A DNA stretch of 64,000 nucleotides from Octopus sinensis (GCF_006345805.1 NC_043002.1:80600001-80664000), one strand, 5' to 3'. Shown: positions 1 through 14,898, numbered from the stretch's first letter. Made by a program: numbers and translations. Notes: a model not told the origin generated them from the sequence alone.

Positions 1-599
1 ACCTGTTCATGAGTCTCAGTAACTTTCGAATCGCGGTCAGGGATAATGCTTTGGTTTGGTTTTAGTTTTACAAAAACGTATAAATATGTGGTGGGTGCAA
101 AGATGTTCTAGAATGATGTGATCAGAGTGGATCCGCATGGACATCTACATTCTAAAGAAACTCAGAGGCCACTAGATTATCTTGGAGTTAGTTGCATCGC
201 ACTGAGCTTGTGGATATAAGATCAATCAAGCTTGATTCGAATGCATAAGGTCAAGTAATAACACGTGCGTTAGTAAAACCGACTCGGGGGCTTTCTGCAC
301 GGATGGCGCGAGAAAGGCAAAGAAAAACGTGAGTGATAGTAGCAGAGGCAACAAAACCGAAAACAGCAACCCTTTGGCTACTGGTATTATTTTTTTTAAC
401 AGCTCCTGGTATAGCTGGAAGAGAAACAGTCAAAAATTGTCAGATCACCGATGCCATTTCTAGTATCTAGCTACATCCGAGAATCCATGAGAACTCTTCC
501 TTCATCACAGGACCGGATAGGAGCTGCGAGCAGTGGTACAACCGTCACCTTGCTGTAAAAGGTAGCCGTTGAAGATTGAAGAAAGGTAGAAAGGTAGAA

Positions 600-3500
600 A
601 GAAAGTACAAAGTAAAGAAAATGAGGTCAAACAGAAAATTCTAAAAAGCATTGGTTGCACCACTGACTGAAGATATTTGTGTCTTGAATATGTGTAATAT
701 TATGCCTGTTTTGTTCTTTCTATTGTATTCAAATATTCATTGTTTTCAGCATAATATGTATGCTATGCTTAATGTATTGTGCGTATTTTTAAGTACTGAG
801 GTTTAAGTTATGTTTTTGAATCCGTATTATTTTGTACAAATCTTAAGGCCCCTTTGATTATGGCAATTGTTTGGTTTCAGCACCAACATTGGGATTCCCA
901 TCTTTTCCGTATCTATATTCATTTTTTCATTCCTTTTAAAGGGGCATTATCGTCTGGAGTTAACTAATAGAAGAACTAATATAAATGACTGTAAAACAAT
1001 ATCGTAACCATGGAACTTATCGTTCGATTAAAAGACCGTCCATTTCTTGGTGAAGCTTTTTACAAATATTGAGCTTATCAGCTTTAATATTGCTGTCTTT
1101 GTGAATCGGAACAACCAAAAAGCATGGCTATGAATGTGTGTGTGCATGAGCACGCGCGTGCGTATGTGCGTGTGCGTATGTGTGTGTGTGTGGTTATATT
1201 ATCTCTTTTTTTATGGTACTTCATAACGCAGACAAAAATTCCAATATACGAAAGCCCCTCTTCTGTCACACCAATGGTTGAATTGTCTTTTAACTAAACC
1301 ACAGTCAGTCCCCTTAAGTGGTTTTATTTTCTCAAACCGCTACATAGCCTGCAGTTATTTATAGTTGTCTGCTCCATTACGTATTCTTTGTGTGTGTGCA
1401 AACGTTTTGTTTCTCTCCGTTCTGTAGCATCATTGTATTTCATCTGTGTTCTGCGCTTTTTAGTCGGTTTTTACAAATATTCTTCGTGAATTGCTAACAG
1501 TTCATTTTTCTCAAATATTGTCCATTTAAGGGCTTCTCTTACCACCTGTTTAGCATGAGATTCTATTGCTTCATTTTCAGATTGGTTTCTACCTTATTCA
1601 TAATTTCTTTTTATATTCCATCTTTTTCTCCTGGAAATTCCGGTCAATTTAGCTTCTGTATCATTTGGCTTCTTGACTATAGCTTTTGTTTATTTCTTAT
1701 TACAAATGCTTTGCAGTTCTACAGTGGAGATTTTACATTTTTCTTTTGTTGTAATAGCACCAGCCCTTACTTCTTTACATTATTGGGAAATATATGTTTA
1801 AATCAGTTAGAGAGAAGAGTAGTCTAAAAGCCATCGGACTTCCCTTGTTTGACTGTTTTGTCTGTGCTAATTCGTTTTGCGTTTAATTGAAAATATAACA
1901 ATAATTCATTATTAGATCAGCTAGAGATTCTATTACCTTGTATTATTTACGTTTAATTATGTTTTAAGTTTTAGTCTAACAAGTCTATAATGCTTCTGTT
2001 TAACTCTCTTTTTTTCATTCTTTTGTAATCGACAATGGATAGTTCATTGTTTGCCAAATTCGCTTGACTCACTTTCATAATCTATCATGATTATTGTACT
2101 AACGTCCCTAATTAGTACGCTTCTTCTCAATGTTGCCTAAGTGACCTTTTCTCAACCAAGTCTTCCATCAGTGTCCTTAGTTAATCTTTGCTTTACTAGT
2201 TGCTTATTGTCTTTAGCGGGAGAATTGTGGCCATCCGTATTTTTTTTTAACAAATGGTGGATTGACTTCCCATCACATTTATATTTGTCTTCATTCTGCA
2301 TCGAGATACTGCGATAGTGCAACAGGTTTGAATATTTTCTAATGGTGATATCTTTGCTTTATAATTCTCCTTTATCTGCATCTATAAAATTGTTTGTCAG
2401 TTTCTCAAGATATGTTTATTCAATATATCAGTTCATTATTGGTGCTACTTAACTCATGGATAAGGTTTCCACAATCAACACACGTGAGAATCATTCTCAA
2501 AAGTAATCTGATACTTAATCTGTATCAAGCTGAACCGTTCTTTCACTTTGTAGAATCTTCAGCAATGGTTTCGTTGATTAATAATTGATCTTCATAGTCA
2601 CATGAAATTTGATAACTACCTGTCTGCTCTTGTGGGGAAATGGTTCGTTCTCAAACGTTCATTTATTTACCTCGTGTTAGAATTTTGTAGGCTGTAGGTT
2701 ATGCAGGTTATGGATTTGTGTGAACGTATCAGGTGTTGTCTTTAACATCCAAGAGAATCTTCAAGATAGAGCATATTTTCAGTTTGCTATTTTATATACT
2801 GGGTCTTTCCAGTTCTTTTTTGAAATGTTTGTGTTATAACAGTGTTCTTATGTTTTTCAACCTATAGAGGAAATTCTCTGCTTGTTATTTTCAGGAATAT
2901 TATCCATAGTAATTGTTTCGCTGCTCCGACTCTCCAGAATTCTTCGCTTCCTCTTGTTACAGTTATTCTTGCTTTACTTTGTTCTTTGCAAAATCGTTTG
3001 CACTTGGATCAAACTGTTTGATTTAATCAAAAACTCCATGTCGCCTTTCATACCAACCATTTCAATGCGAATTAGCAAGGATCTCTTGTCCTAAATGTTC
3101 TTTGATCTTAACTATATTTTTATATGATATTTTTACACTATTTGTGCCTCCGTTTTCTTTACCAGTTCTATCGTTTCATTGCTGATTACATTAAGAACTG
3201 AAAGAACTTGTCTCTTAATTTCTATGCATTTTTTTTGTCTTTTGTTTGTTTAAAACTGTTCTATTATTTATGATTTCTTCTATTGTGTGTAATTCTTTAA
3301 GTATTCCGATCTTCAGATTGTCATGCTCATGATTTCTCCCTTTTGAATTTCCTCTTCCATTTCGTTCTGATATTCCCTTGTTTATATAATTTTCCTATTG
3401 TTCACATTCAGTTTTTACTGCAGAGTATTCTGTAGATCTTGTAGGGTTTGATTTCTTTCTTTACATTTTGTTATTAATTTAGTTTTGTACGCGTTTTGTC

Positions 3501-3600
3501 TGTCTTCGTAGATACATTCTCAGTGTTACAGATTTTCGGTTTTGGTTTTGTACCCTTTATGTTTCCTTGTGTATTCATACTTGTTTGTGATATTTCTTCT
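600..3600 (-). mobile_element. Highly decayed non-LTR retrotransposon ORF2 relic (possibly L1/Tx1-like)
   Basis: Minus-strand motif remnants in the expected order: SMNTQG (~3575, APE start-like), IMIDYE (~2085), VKQG-SPM..LLFSL (~1850), GLSYIGI (~1250), KMGIP (~900). Many stops and frameshifts. Confidence 0.4.
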
Positions 3601-4457
3601 ACATTCAGATTCTATGTTATTAAGGTGACTAATTTACTAGTGTCTAACGTTTCGTTAAGACCCTGGTTAACTTTTCTCTAGATCATGTACCTGTATATTC
3701 TACTAGGTTCGTTTTGCGGACACAGTTCAACTGCAAAACACTGCGAGTAGACGAAAACCATATCCCTTTTGTATCCATTTATGAGATTTATGTTTAATCT
3801 GCATAACATAGGAAGAAAAGAACCATATTTATTTAGATTATTATAATTTACGCCCGATACAGTCTTTGCTTTTTCATTTGTGGTGCTGTTAAGTTTTGCG
3901 TGAGCCGTTTTTTCATATGTTTAATGCTATGGAGCTTAAGTACGCATTACTATAATAATACTTGCTTATGTGTGTTGTTATTTATATGCCGCAAGGATGA
4001 AATGCAATCTACTGACTATTCATATGAAATGTTCACGTTGGCTTGTTTACTACATGGTCTCGACTTGGTCCATTATGATTCAGTGTATTTCATGTAATTG
4101 CACCACAAAAAGCGGCAATTGGTAGAGGAGCTGAAATGCATTTCCAAAACACATTGGATTTATCATCATGCCTGATATTACACTGGGTGTATGGTACGCT
4201 TTAGCCTATTTTGTAAGTATCGCCTTTCAATGAAGTTACTATATCATCGAGAATATGTCACTGAAAGAATGTCGCTTCTTTTATTTTTATCTGAAAACAT
4301 TTGTATTCTTCTCGTGCTCCTTGAACTAGTTCTGCTATAAATCAACTCTTTGTTAAAGACGTTGCAATATTCATCACTTGATTCAGAGGCACGGAGTATA
4401 TTGATATCTAAGTAGAATATAGACGACAAATGTTGGACGACAAATGTAGATGTCATA

Positions 4458-4670
4458 GGCGGCGAGCTGGCAGAAACGTTAGCACGGCTAGCGAAATACT
4501 TAGTGGTATTTCGTCTGTCTTTACGTTTTGAATTCAAACTCTGCCGAGGTCCACTTTTCCCTTAATCATTTCGGGGTCGATAAATTAAATACCACTTGGG
4601 TACTGGGTCGATCTAATCGACTAACCCTATACTCAAAATTTCGGGCTTTGTGCCTAGAGTAGAAAAGAAT
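4458..4670 (+). mobile_element. tRNA-derived SINE, family A
   Basis: Head GGCGGCGAGCTGGCAGAAACGTTAGCA with B-box-like GAATTCAAAC, core TCATTTCGGGGTCGATAAATTAA, tail TTGTGCCTAGAGTAGAAAAGAAT; about 10 related copies in the window. Confidence 0.85.
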
Positions 4671-5404
4671 GTCGGTATGATAGGATTAAGCAACAGGTCG
4701 ATGAAATCATTAAGGATAACCAGTTGATTGTGAAGGAGGACAAGTTGAGGGAAATTGTACTGGAAGGAAACAGTAAGGTGTATGAAATAAGATTACTGGA
4801 AGGTGATCAACCAAAAAAAAAAAAAACAAAAAAAACTAGTGATCCTTTCGATGGTTTTTACCGGGAGCCGTCATTCTTATTTTAGGATTTGCTCTGAGTA
4901 CCGAAAACTACTTTCAAAAGAAAACTGTAAAGTGAAAAGTTAAACTCGTCTTAATCTAGTGACAGCACAATTTCCCAACATTGGTGGTCACCTGAACTTG
5001 AACAACCTGAAGGTTAAACGTCACAGTGTAAAGCGACTGATCGAGCAGAAGTGATGTATTTTGTAGTCACTGATCTAATTACTTAAGTTGCTTCAAAATC
5101 ACAGGGATACTTTTCTTGAAATGTTCAAACTACTTCAGCCTCTACCTGTAGGCAGTGCAGTCTTTCCAATCTGCAGATAAGCAATATTTGCCCGTTGAAT
5201 TCGATAATGGCTGGGAAATTTACCGCGAATAGACGACTTGCTTAAACTTCAATTACGAAACCTAAACTTGTAATACAGGTTGCCACAATTTCATGACTCA
5301 TTTGTTAATCAAAACCTGGTAATTACTCTGAGAAGTGACTTTCAATTCGATTTATTATGTAAAAATCCCATAATTTTTCTTATATAAAAACTTCACCCAC
5401 TTAC

Positions 5405-5825
5405 AGTTTCTTTGTTGAAATTTGCACGGGCTGGTTCAAAGCTTTGGTGTTATCACAGAATACCAATACATTGCCTTGCTATGAGAAGGAGTAATTGGAG
5501 TCTAAATATATTTCTTTACTACCTACAAGGGGCTAAACACAGAAGGGACAAACAAGGACAGACAAAGGGATTAAGTCGATTATGTCGACCCCAGTGCGTA
5601 ACTGGTACTTAATTTATCGACCACGAAAAGATGAAAGGTAAAGTCGACCTCGGCGGAATTTGAACTCACAACGTAGCGGCAGACGAAATACGGCTACGCA
5701 TTTCGCTCGGCGTGCGTGCTAACGTTTCTGCCAGCTCACCGCCTTAATTTGAGTCTAAATAGGCGTGGTAAAGCTTGACTGACGGCAAGTAGAAAAGACA
5801 GCACAAAATAAATTCCAAAAATAAC
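5405..5825 (-). pseudogene. Putative decayed exon (hydrophobic TM-like segment plus tail) interrupted by a SINE
   Basis: Acceptor TCTTCCACAG| at 5825, then VIFGIYFVLSFLLAVSQALPRLF; after removing the SINE and shifting frame, ...QGNVLVFCDNTKALNQPVQISTKK then donor |GTAAGT at 5405. Confidence 0.3.
5509..5744 (-). mobile_element. SINE family A with 17-bp TSD
   Basis: Full copy flanked by TAATTGGAGTCTAAATA (5492-5508) and TAATTTGAGTCTAAATA (5745-5761). Confidence 0.9.
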
Positions 5826-6329
5826 CTGTGGAAGACCTATGAGGTGACCTCGCCAGTAACACATTCTAGGAACAGGCTGGTGTTCGTTTCACAGCCTTGT
5901 CAGCAATAGATGTGACAAACGACTTTAACAAAATTATGTGCATGATTTACTTAACCAGGACTGGAATCTGACAAAACCGATGTGGTTCTTTGACCCATTA
6001 TTCAAGATGGTTTCTAAATCGTGCGTTATGGTTTGCCAATTTATGTTTCGTATTCATATTTTAATTACACCTTGTTTTTGTATGCGTATGTTTTATATCG
6101 TGGCCATGACATTAAAATGCATTCTGTTGGGGGACTCCATCTGCAGAGTTTAAGTGAAATTATGTGTATGGAATTATTCCTTACTCGCCCGAAAACTATA
6201 ATAAATGTCAATAATCACAGTTTTGAATAAAATGAGGGAAAGTGTCATGCAATTCATTGGATACTCTATCTTAACCATACTGCCACGAGTCTCTTTCTAG
6301 CATGTATAGCGTTTTATTTATATATATAA

Positions 6330-6729
6330 ACGAGCAAAACGCCCCCGCCCCCGACCGTCCAATGGACGGTGCTGAGTTGTCAAACATTTAAACCAAATAT
6401 TTTTTTTTTGGTCTCTTAAATATACTGAATTTTGTGGCATTATTTCAAGCCAGCCGGCTTTTTTTGCGCAAACTGCACTTCCATTTTTCTCGCGTACGCG
6501 TAGTATCGATCGCAACAGCTGATCTACTTGCGCGTACAAATGCACGCTCCCACGACTTTATCAATCGCATTCTCACCTGGAATCGATTTTTGTAATTTTT
6601 TCAAGACTTATACATGCCCTGATACCGTCGGTATCTACCTATGAAATTTGAGCGCTACAGATGGAGGATGCCCGAGATCCTAGAAGACACACACAGACAG
6701 ACAGACAGAACGGATTTTATATAATAGAT
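6330..6729 (-). mobile_element. Non-autonomous Helitron
   Basis: Minus strand begins A|TCTATTATATAAAA then (GTCT)n; ends with hairpin ACCGTCCATTGGACGGT followed by CTCG|T. Second copy at 28218-28635. Confidence 0.75.
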
Positions 6730-7757
6730 AAGGGACATTGCTGCTAATGAAGTTAGTTGGCAGAATCATTCGAATGCCAGATAAATTATCTTGCTCTCTG
6801 CATTCTAAGTTGAAATCATGTGATTTACCTTTGCCGTTGATCGAGCAGAGGTTGATAAAGAAAAATTCAGGTCAAATACCTATGACAATATATCCAACTT
6901 ATTCTCTTCCCGTAGGATTTCTGACCCTATACTTAAATTGGAAACGTTTAGGAACGACATATTCATTAAAACCACTTTAGAAGCGTGCAATGAATTAGTG
7001 CATTTCCTTCACCTTGTGGTGATTTGATTGAGGTGAATTATGGAGAAGGACTTTGAATTGCTGAGAATGATCAGAAAGAGAAAAGAATAAAATTGTCACT
7101 CCCTTAAAATAATATAACACAAGCAGAGAGCCAGTTGAGCAGTCGAATCAATGAGAACACCCACACGCCTACCTCAGCCTTAAGAATAACGGATCATTTA
7201 AACAAACTGAATGAAGAAGAAATACATAATGTACAGTCAGAGGAGATGGCTTCCACTCGGTTGATCCTACAACGGATAGATTATGAAGATTAGTTGGTCA
7301 TACAGACCAATTTAAGGTTATATGAACAGATATACCTTAGCTTTCTAAACAGTGGCCTATTGTCACCCAGCCCGGCACCTGAGTTTCGAGTTACACGTTT
7401 GGAGTACATAGAAACATAAGGTAATGAGAGTTACGGTTTTCCTAAACAAACACAGGTGTTGGCTGTTAAACTTGTGTGCGCGCGTGCGTGAGCAGAAGGT
7501 TGCCCTTATTTGTTGTTTTCTATATAATTTTGCTCTCTTTTATCTCAGTTTCATCAATATATTTGTATCTTATTCTTTTATTTTATGAAATACTCTTTTA
7601 AACTTGTAATATTTTTTTAATATATCGTGTAGCACACTTTCCGCATCTTTCGTTTTTACATGGCTAGATACGTACATTTCCACATGTCTTTGTTATACCT
7701 TTGTAATACTTTGTTGTGAGCGTGAATGAACGTGTTTCAAAATATAATAATAGTCTT

Positions 7758-8070
<313 letters not shown>

Positions 8071-8941
8071 TACATTATGTAATTCACTTCAATTTCAATT
8101 GAGTGTTTGTATTCATCAATCGACATGTGACCATCAGAAGACGTAAGCTGTTAGAAGTGGTGAATAACTTCTTACAGGTTCAACATGCAAGAAGTAAACA
8201 GACAAAGCTTAAATAAAACGCTGAACAATGAGCAAGCGATAGTCATAACAAAGTTTCTTTTGATCGAGTCATTATAAATAAACCATGTTCTACATAAGGC
8301 AATGTGAAGTACCGTAAAATGAGAGTCTTTTGTATTGAACGAGACAGCGTTGCCAGGTACTTTCTCAACGTATTGCTTTGCACTCGTATCTGCTGACCCG
8401 AATACACCGATTGTTAACGAGTGTGTTGTTGCTTTTACCCGCCATGTTCACACTTCACTTTTTGTATCTTATATTAAACTAATTCGAGAAACTGCTTCGT
8501 CGCGACATTGTTGTTGTTGATAAATACGTTGATTAGTTCCAGGTCAGCTGCGATCAAGCAGACTTATAATCACAGGTGATTTAACCGTGACAATATCCAA
8601 TCTATTTAGTTTTAGACGTAGTATTATCTAATGTGTTCTTCCTTTGTTTTAAGACTATAGTATTTGGTTCAACGGAAAGTTGTTTTTTTTTTCTTGCTTC
8701 TTTTCTAGCATGTCAGCTGACAATATCATGTGTTTGTAGTTAGACCAGAAAATTTCTAGTCTGATTAAAAGATTATAGCTATTTGTGCGCAGTTATATCT
8801 CGTCTTTTCTCATTGTCAGACACATCAATGTACATCCTCGGTTGGTAGAATCGGTGGACTCTTCTGAGTTCAAATTTCGCCACTATTACTTTTGCCTTTA
8901 ATCCCTCGTGGGGTGATAAACTGAACCATCAGCAAGTCATA

Positions 8942-9168
8942 GGCTTAATTTATTTTACCAAAGCCTACTTCAAAATTGCTATTATTCCTAGGGCACCTAT
9001 GACAACAGGTAATGTTTTAGTCTTCAGGTCCCACATTTTGCTAATTTCTATTTCAAGATCTTTATATTTGCTCAGTTTTTGGTAGGTCTTGACAGATACG
9101 TTTATATCGATTGGGACAGTCATATAAATGAGGAGGTTAGATTTTTGCCTGAAGTCTTTCAATATGAT
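8942..9168 (-). mobile_element. R4/Dong-like non-LTR fragment (restriction-like endonuclease C-terminus)
   Basis: ORF 8965-9162: MTVPIDINVSVKTYQKLSKYKDLEIEISKMWDLKTKTLPVVIGALG; homologous to 62400-62640. Confidence 0.8.
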
Positions 9169-9169
9169 G

Positions 9170-9432
9170 CCAGTTACACACTGGGGTCGATGTAATCGAC
9201 TTAATCCGTTTGTCTGTCCTTGTTTGTCCCCTCTGTGTTTAGTCCCTTGCGGGTAGTAAAGAAATAGGTATTTCGCACGTCGCTACGTTCTGAGTTCAAA
9301 TGCCTCCGATGTCAACTTAACATTTCATCCTTCGGGCTCTATAAAATAAGCACCAGTGAAACACTGGGGTCGACGTAATCGACTAGTCCCCTCCCTCAAA
9401 ATTTCAGGCCTTTTACCTTCCGTAGAAAGGAT
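9170..9432 (+). mobile_element. SINE family A dimer remnant
   Basis: Tail-1 (...GGGTAGTAAAGAAATA) joined to GGTATTTCG internal unit and tail-2. Confidence 0.8.
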
Positions 9433-9544
9433 TTTCCATATTGTTATATACTTATGACATGCAATTTCTTTCTCTAGCATCCATCATTTCCTCCTCTTGC
9501 GACTACGAAAATTATCATTACAACACTCAAGCGCTTTAAAATAA

Positions 9545-9586
<42 letters not shown>

Positions 9587-9687
9587 CAGCTTCAAAACTT
9601 AGCACACTTTCTCTTTGTTGCAGTTTCTTCTCTCTTTGAAATATATTTTTTCATTGTCTATCTTTCATTCCACTTCTCTCTTTGTCT

Positions 9688-9730
<43 letters not shown>

Positions 9731-10125
9731 ATCTGTCTTTATCTCGGTTTCTCTTTCAATTATCTATTTTGTTATTATTGTTTCTTTTATCTTTTCATGT
9801 CAATGTTTACTGACATCATAAGACGAATTACACTCCACCAACACCACACACCAAACAATCTCCCACACCTGTTTTGTTTACTGAGTCATTTTTCTAGATA
9901 GAAACAGTTGAACCCGTATCTTATGAAAGCTATTCTTATGTGATTGGGTGGTAGGAGTAGATGAAAGATGATATGCTTAATCTGAAGCGGCTGGAAGTTG
10001 TTCGTAAACACGAATAGGAACGTAAGATTCATAACTCCGAATGGTGATCATAGAGTAGAAAATTGAACAAATGTCTAAGATATTTTGGAGCTTTCTTCCT
10101 AGACTTTCGGTGAAACCATTTAATA

Positions 10126-10430
10126 CAGTGGTCCCGAAACCTTTGGGGGGGGGGCAGCTGTCCCCTTGGCACCCGGGCCCCATTTCTAGCGCCGCAGCCC
10201 CACCCCACCCACCATTACAAACGTAGACAATTTTCTGCTGTTAATTTCAAAACAACTGCATTTCACAAATAAAACTTAAACTAATTAAAACGTTAATTTG
10301 TTTGCTTTTCCATCCTCAGCCCCTTTTTCGCCACCACATTATCGCATCAATTTCCCTTTAATGACACCATCCCGTCCTGAATCCTTCCACTTCCACCTTC
10401 CGGGGATGCCGCCCACTATAGGAACCACCG
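10126..10430. mobile_element. hAT-type MITE
   Basis: TIRs CAGTGGTCCC / GGAACCACCG; imperfect 8-bp TSD ATTTAATA / ATTTAGAA. Confidence 0.6.
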
Positions 10431-10583
10431 ATTTAGAAGTAGCTCAGAATAAGTAGATGTGTTTAAGCGTATCTCCAGAACATTTAATTCATGAAATTCA
10501 TTTGCAGTAATACTTGTATAGACTTACACGAAGGCATTGCAGTATTCATGAATGATCGTACGTTTTCATACATGATGTGGTAC

Positions 10584-11180
10584 CTGTTTTCTAATTCGAT
10601 AGATTAAGTAACGCTGATGATCCCTACTGATTATATGAATAGGGTCACATCTGGATAATAAATCTAAAGCTCGTTATTGTACTACTACCTGTTACCAGTA
10701 GATCTTCTTAAATAATAGCAAGATTACTAATCCACAACAGAAGAGTCTACCTAACTGTAACCGGCTATTAATAAAGCATATCTTGAGCTGTAGATTAAGT
10801 GTAACAGTGTACAACCGAAGAATTATCCGTTTCTTTGCAATGCTGAGTTTAATTCTTGTTCACTGCTAAGATTACTCTCGATAACCATCATCCAATCTAA
10901 AGGCGATTACTTTATAATCTAGTTAATGATACAGATACCGTACATCATTGCCAGGGAACTGTATATATTTCTGGTTCCTAAAATGGTTTAAAGTCTACCG
11001 AAGCAATATAAAGTTGTATATTTCACTTCAATGCATCAAAGTAGCCAATGTTATCATTGTCTAGTCGCTCGTTAACATTAATTCCTTATCAATATCAGTA
11101 AATTGATATAATCCCGGAACAGAAACATCGTAGGGCACCGACTTTGTATGCTCGATATGATAAAAATTGCTGCGGTGTGA
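10584..11180 (-). pseudogene. Decayed cadherin-repeat exon relic
   Basis: Frameshifted minus-strand motifs INVNERLD, LYIASVDFKP, TVSVSL(T)D..N, TAQDM, LFK.D..VTG..TIT..LD; ends at donor CAG|GTACC. Confidence 0.4.
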
Positions 11181-11661
11181 GTTTTAGCTCGTTACCCCTT
11201 GGGTTAAAACTCCACCGAGGCTGAATTTGCTTTCAATGATAAATAAAGTACAAGTAAAGCACTGAAGTTGAATTCTCTACCCTCTCTAAAATTGGTAACA
11301 TTCAAGGAACAAGAAAAACTTGATGAGATACTAGCTTCACTAATCCTTTCACTGCCCCAAAATAAATACGTGTTTAGGGCATCAAAGAAAGGGGGCATCA
11401 CAGAAATGATAAATGGTTCACGACGCACAAAAAAATCATTTTAAACTTGCTAACATATTATTTGTGTGATTTATGAGATCGGAAATATAAGTTCGAAGTG
11501 TTCATGATGTGTCATAGCGAGGATCTGATCAAAGATTTTTCAATTGAAAAAAGTAGAAAATGTTCAAATATAAATAAAGTAGATTATACAAAAATAAACA
11601 TTATTTTCCATGTTACAATTTTATTTTATTGTTTATTATTGCTTATATTTTGAATTACATG

Positions 11662-12209
11662 CATTGGGTTGTCTGGAAAGTTCGTGCCGATTTTTAAAGG
11701 AAAGAAAAAGGTCAATAAATACTTGCTATTACATTTTTAATCAACCAAATATGAACCATTTCGTTGCACAATGCGTCTCCATCTTTCCTTTAACTTGATA
11801 ATATCCTCTTACCAGAATTGAGGTGGTTTCATGGCAAAGAATTCATAAAGGTATCTTTTTACGTCATCCAAAGAATTAAAATTTTTACCATTAAGACTAT
11901 TCTGCAGAGACTTGAATAAGTGGAAATCCGAAGGGGTAATATCTTGTGAATATGGAGGAAGCGGGGGACTAACAGATCCTAGCCGAGCTGCAGTAATTTT
12001 TGTCTGGTTCCCAAAGCATAAAGTGTCGAAAATGAACTTTCTTATCTTCCATTTTAAATGGCCACAGAATTAACACAGGTTATAGGAACATAAATCTTCT
12101 TCCACAAAAAGAGAGCATAAACTGTACTTTAAATGAAGGTGTAGTCAAATCTTATTTTATGGACTCAACCATGTTCTAAAATAAGTCGAAAGGTAAGCTA
12201 CAACCCAAT
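11662..12209 (-). mobile_element. Internally deleted mariner transposon
   Basis: TIR ends ATTGGGTTGT / ACAACCCAAT; minus-strand PPYSQDITPSDFHLFKSLQN (mariner YSPDLAPSD motif) at ~11900-11958. Confidence 0.85.
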
Positions 12210-12673
12210 ATATGGGAATACCAAAATCTTTTGAGTGCTTAGTGCCTCTAAGGGTCTTAAGCCAGCCTTGCTGTGAACTCGACAGGTGAGAACGTTCTCA
12301 CATTATGTACTCTAACTATTTCCCATATCTATTTCATTTTCTACCACATATCTTAATTTTGAAAAATACCGTTGGCAATAAAACATTTCACGTTTTCATA
12401 CTTCCAACGAAGAATTTTATAAATGTGACGAAAGACGAAGATATGATCCTGTCTCCATCTATTCATAATTATTTTTTTCCAGAGAGCAACATTGCATAAC
12501 ACACGTGGAAGTGTTAGTCAAGATGCTATATAATTGTTAAAAAACGTTCTTTTATGATCCGAATGGAAATCTCGTTGATTTTGAATTTGATTAAAAATCC
12601 TGACCTGATATATGTATGTATATATATATATATATATGTGTATATATATATATATATTTATACACACACACAC

Positions 12674-12744
<71 letters not shown>

Positions 12745-12749
12745 CATAC

Positions 12750-13379
12750 ACGTATAATTCAAATTTACGGAAAACGAAAGACGAAGACAGGTGAAGGAAA
12801 AACGAACAGGTGTATTTGTTTAACGCTCAGGAAAAATGGAAAAGTCTATATATCATTTCTACAGTCTTGCTTTCATGCAACGAAACGAGATATTCTTCAT
12901 TCCACAAGAAATAATCGTCGGAAGTGTTAATAAAAGAAAGATAATGAAAGTAAGTTCGAGCAATGCAGATAGATATTCACGTTCCGGTCTCATCAATGAA
13001 ATGATGAATATATATGTTAACTATGTTTTAAGCATAGCGTTCGGCTTCTGGGCGAGTGTTCGGCTGCTGGAAAGACAGGCAGTACATTTCCCGGGTAAAT
13101 CAAAACGGGAAAGTGACAACAGAACGTCAGTTGAGTTGGTAACGATGTGGACAGCAGAAGGTGAACATTCTACCGCCTTGTATTTAATGAAGGATTCACC
13201 TCGTAATTTCGGGAATTTTACCAAACAACACATGTACGCACACACCCGGTCACACACACACATGCGCGCACACACACACACTCACACATGCATACGCATC
13301 CCCCCCAACACATATTTTTCACGCTTTTCTTACAATGTAAAAAAAATCCGTCGTATATGTGTGTGTACGTGTGAGTGCT

Positions 13380-13413
<34 letters not shown>

Positions 13414-13665
13414 TAGATAGATAGGTAGATATAGATATAGATATAGATATACTGGCCATGTTGGACCTTTGAACCCTGCACATTTTTTCTCCCTCCATTT
13501 TTTCATTCTCTCTCCATATTTTCCCACTTATTCTTTTCTGTCGAAGAGCGTAGGCTCGAAACGTAAAAGACTTTTCCATTTTTCCTGAGCGTTAAACAAA
13601 TACACCTGTTCGTTTTTCCTTCACCAGTCTTCGTCTTTCGTTTTCCGTAAATTTGAACTATACGT
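12750..13665. repeat. Inverted pair of PLE-type terminal sequences (12750-12847 vs 13566-13665); right copy carries an HHR-like motif
   Basis: About 95-bp near-perfect inverted repeat; flanking microsatellites are mirrored too. Same family at 17835-18000 and 24195-24360. Confidence 0.8.
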
Positions 13666-13668
13666 ATA

Positions 13669-13781
<113 letters not shown>

Positions 13782-13798
13782 ACGTATGTATGTATATA

Positions 13799-13837
<39 letters not shown>

Positions 13838-14119
13838 ACACATATATGTATATGCATATATATATATACACATTTATGTACATATACACACACACGCATG
13901 TGTCCCTAGACACGTACACACACATAAAAACACACATATACATATATACTCATACAAATATAAGTGGATGAGTGTGTGTGTGCAGGTGTGTGTGTGTGTG
14001 TGCGTGTAAAGTGTGTGAAGTATCTGCATGCACACGCTTGGCTATACAGATGTGTATGATGTGTACACACATAGGCGGGCGCGTGACATACACACATATG
14101 TATACACAATGTATATATA

Positions 14120-14162
<43 letters not shown>

Positions 14163-14898
14163 TACACATATATATACATGTATATATATATGTATATATA
14201 TATACAAATTCATACACACAAATTTGTGCATTCACATACACAGACATACACTCAAACACACACACACATATATATACATATATACATGCGTAGTTATATG
14301 CCTACATGCATACATACATACATACATACATACATACATACATACATACATGCGCATGTGGTATGTATGTGTGCGTTTGTAAGCGGTCGTCTGTATGTAT
14401 GGTGTTTGTTAAGTCACGCAATGAAGAAACTGAGTTCCTTCTTTATGTATACAAACCGACACGCTTGGTTGGTTTGGTTTTGAAGTGCATTACTGCACTT
14501 AGCTGAATGCCATTACAATTCACTCAAAGGATGTGAAATTCTACTCCCTATATTTCTCTCTATACAGCATGATATATAGGTGTGTTCCTGTGACGGTGCG
14601 GATATGCTTGTCTCACAGAACTACACATTTTAAATATAAATATGTTTCTGCCTGTATCTGTATGCGCGTTTCTTTTAAATTTTTTTGGAGCGACTTGCTT
14701 GTTAGTATGTATGCGCTTAAACGCCTATCCCTCTGTGGTTGTATATGCGTGTGTGTGCGTGTGTATATATATATATATATTTATATATATTTATGTGTGT
14801 ATGTATGTATGCATGTATATATGTATATATATTTATGCGTACGTGTGTGCCAACTCACACACATATACACACACAATCCCCCTCTTTCTCTCACCCTA

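Noticed and set aside
1-560. Possible plus-strand LINE 3' end
   Set aside because: Only a vague resemblance to Tx1-like C-termini; too decayed to call.
4992-5172. Candidate minus-strand microexons of 15 and 25 nt
   Set aside because: Short AG...GT pairs arise often by chance; no supporting homology.
7000-7750. Possible LTR-retrotransposon remnant
   Set aside because: No paired LTR, primer-binding site or clear integrase motif visible.
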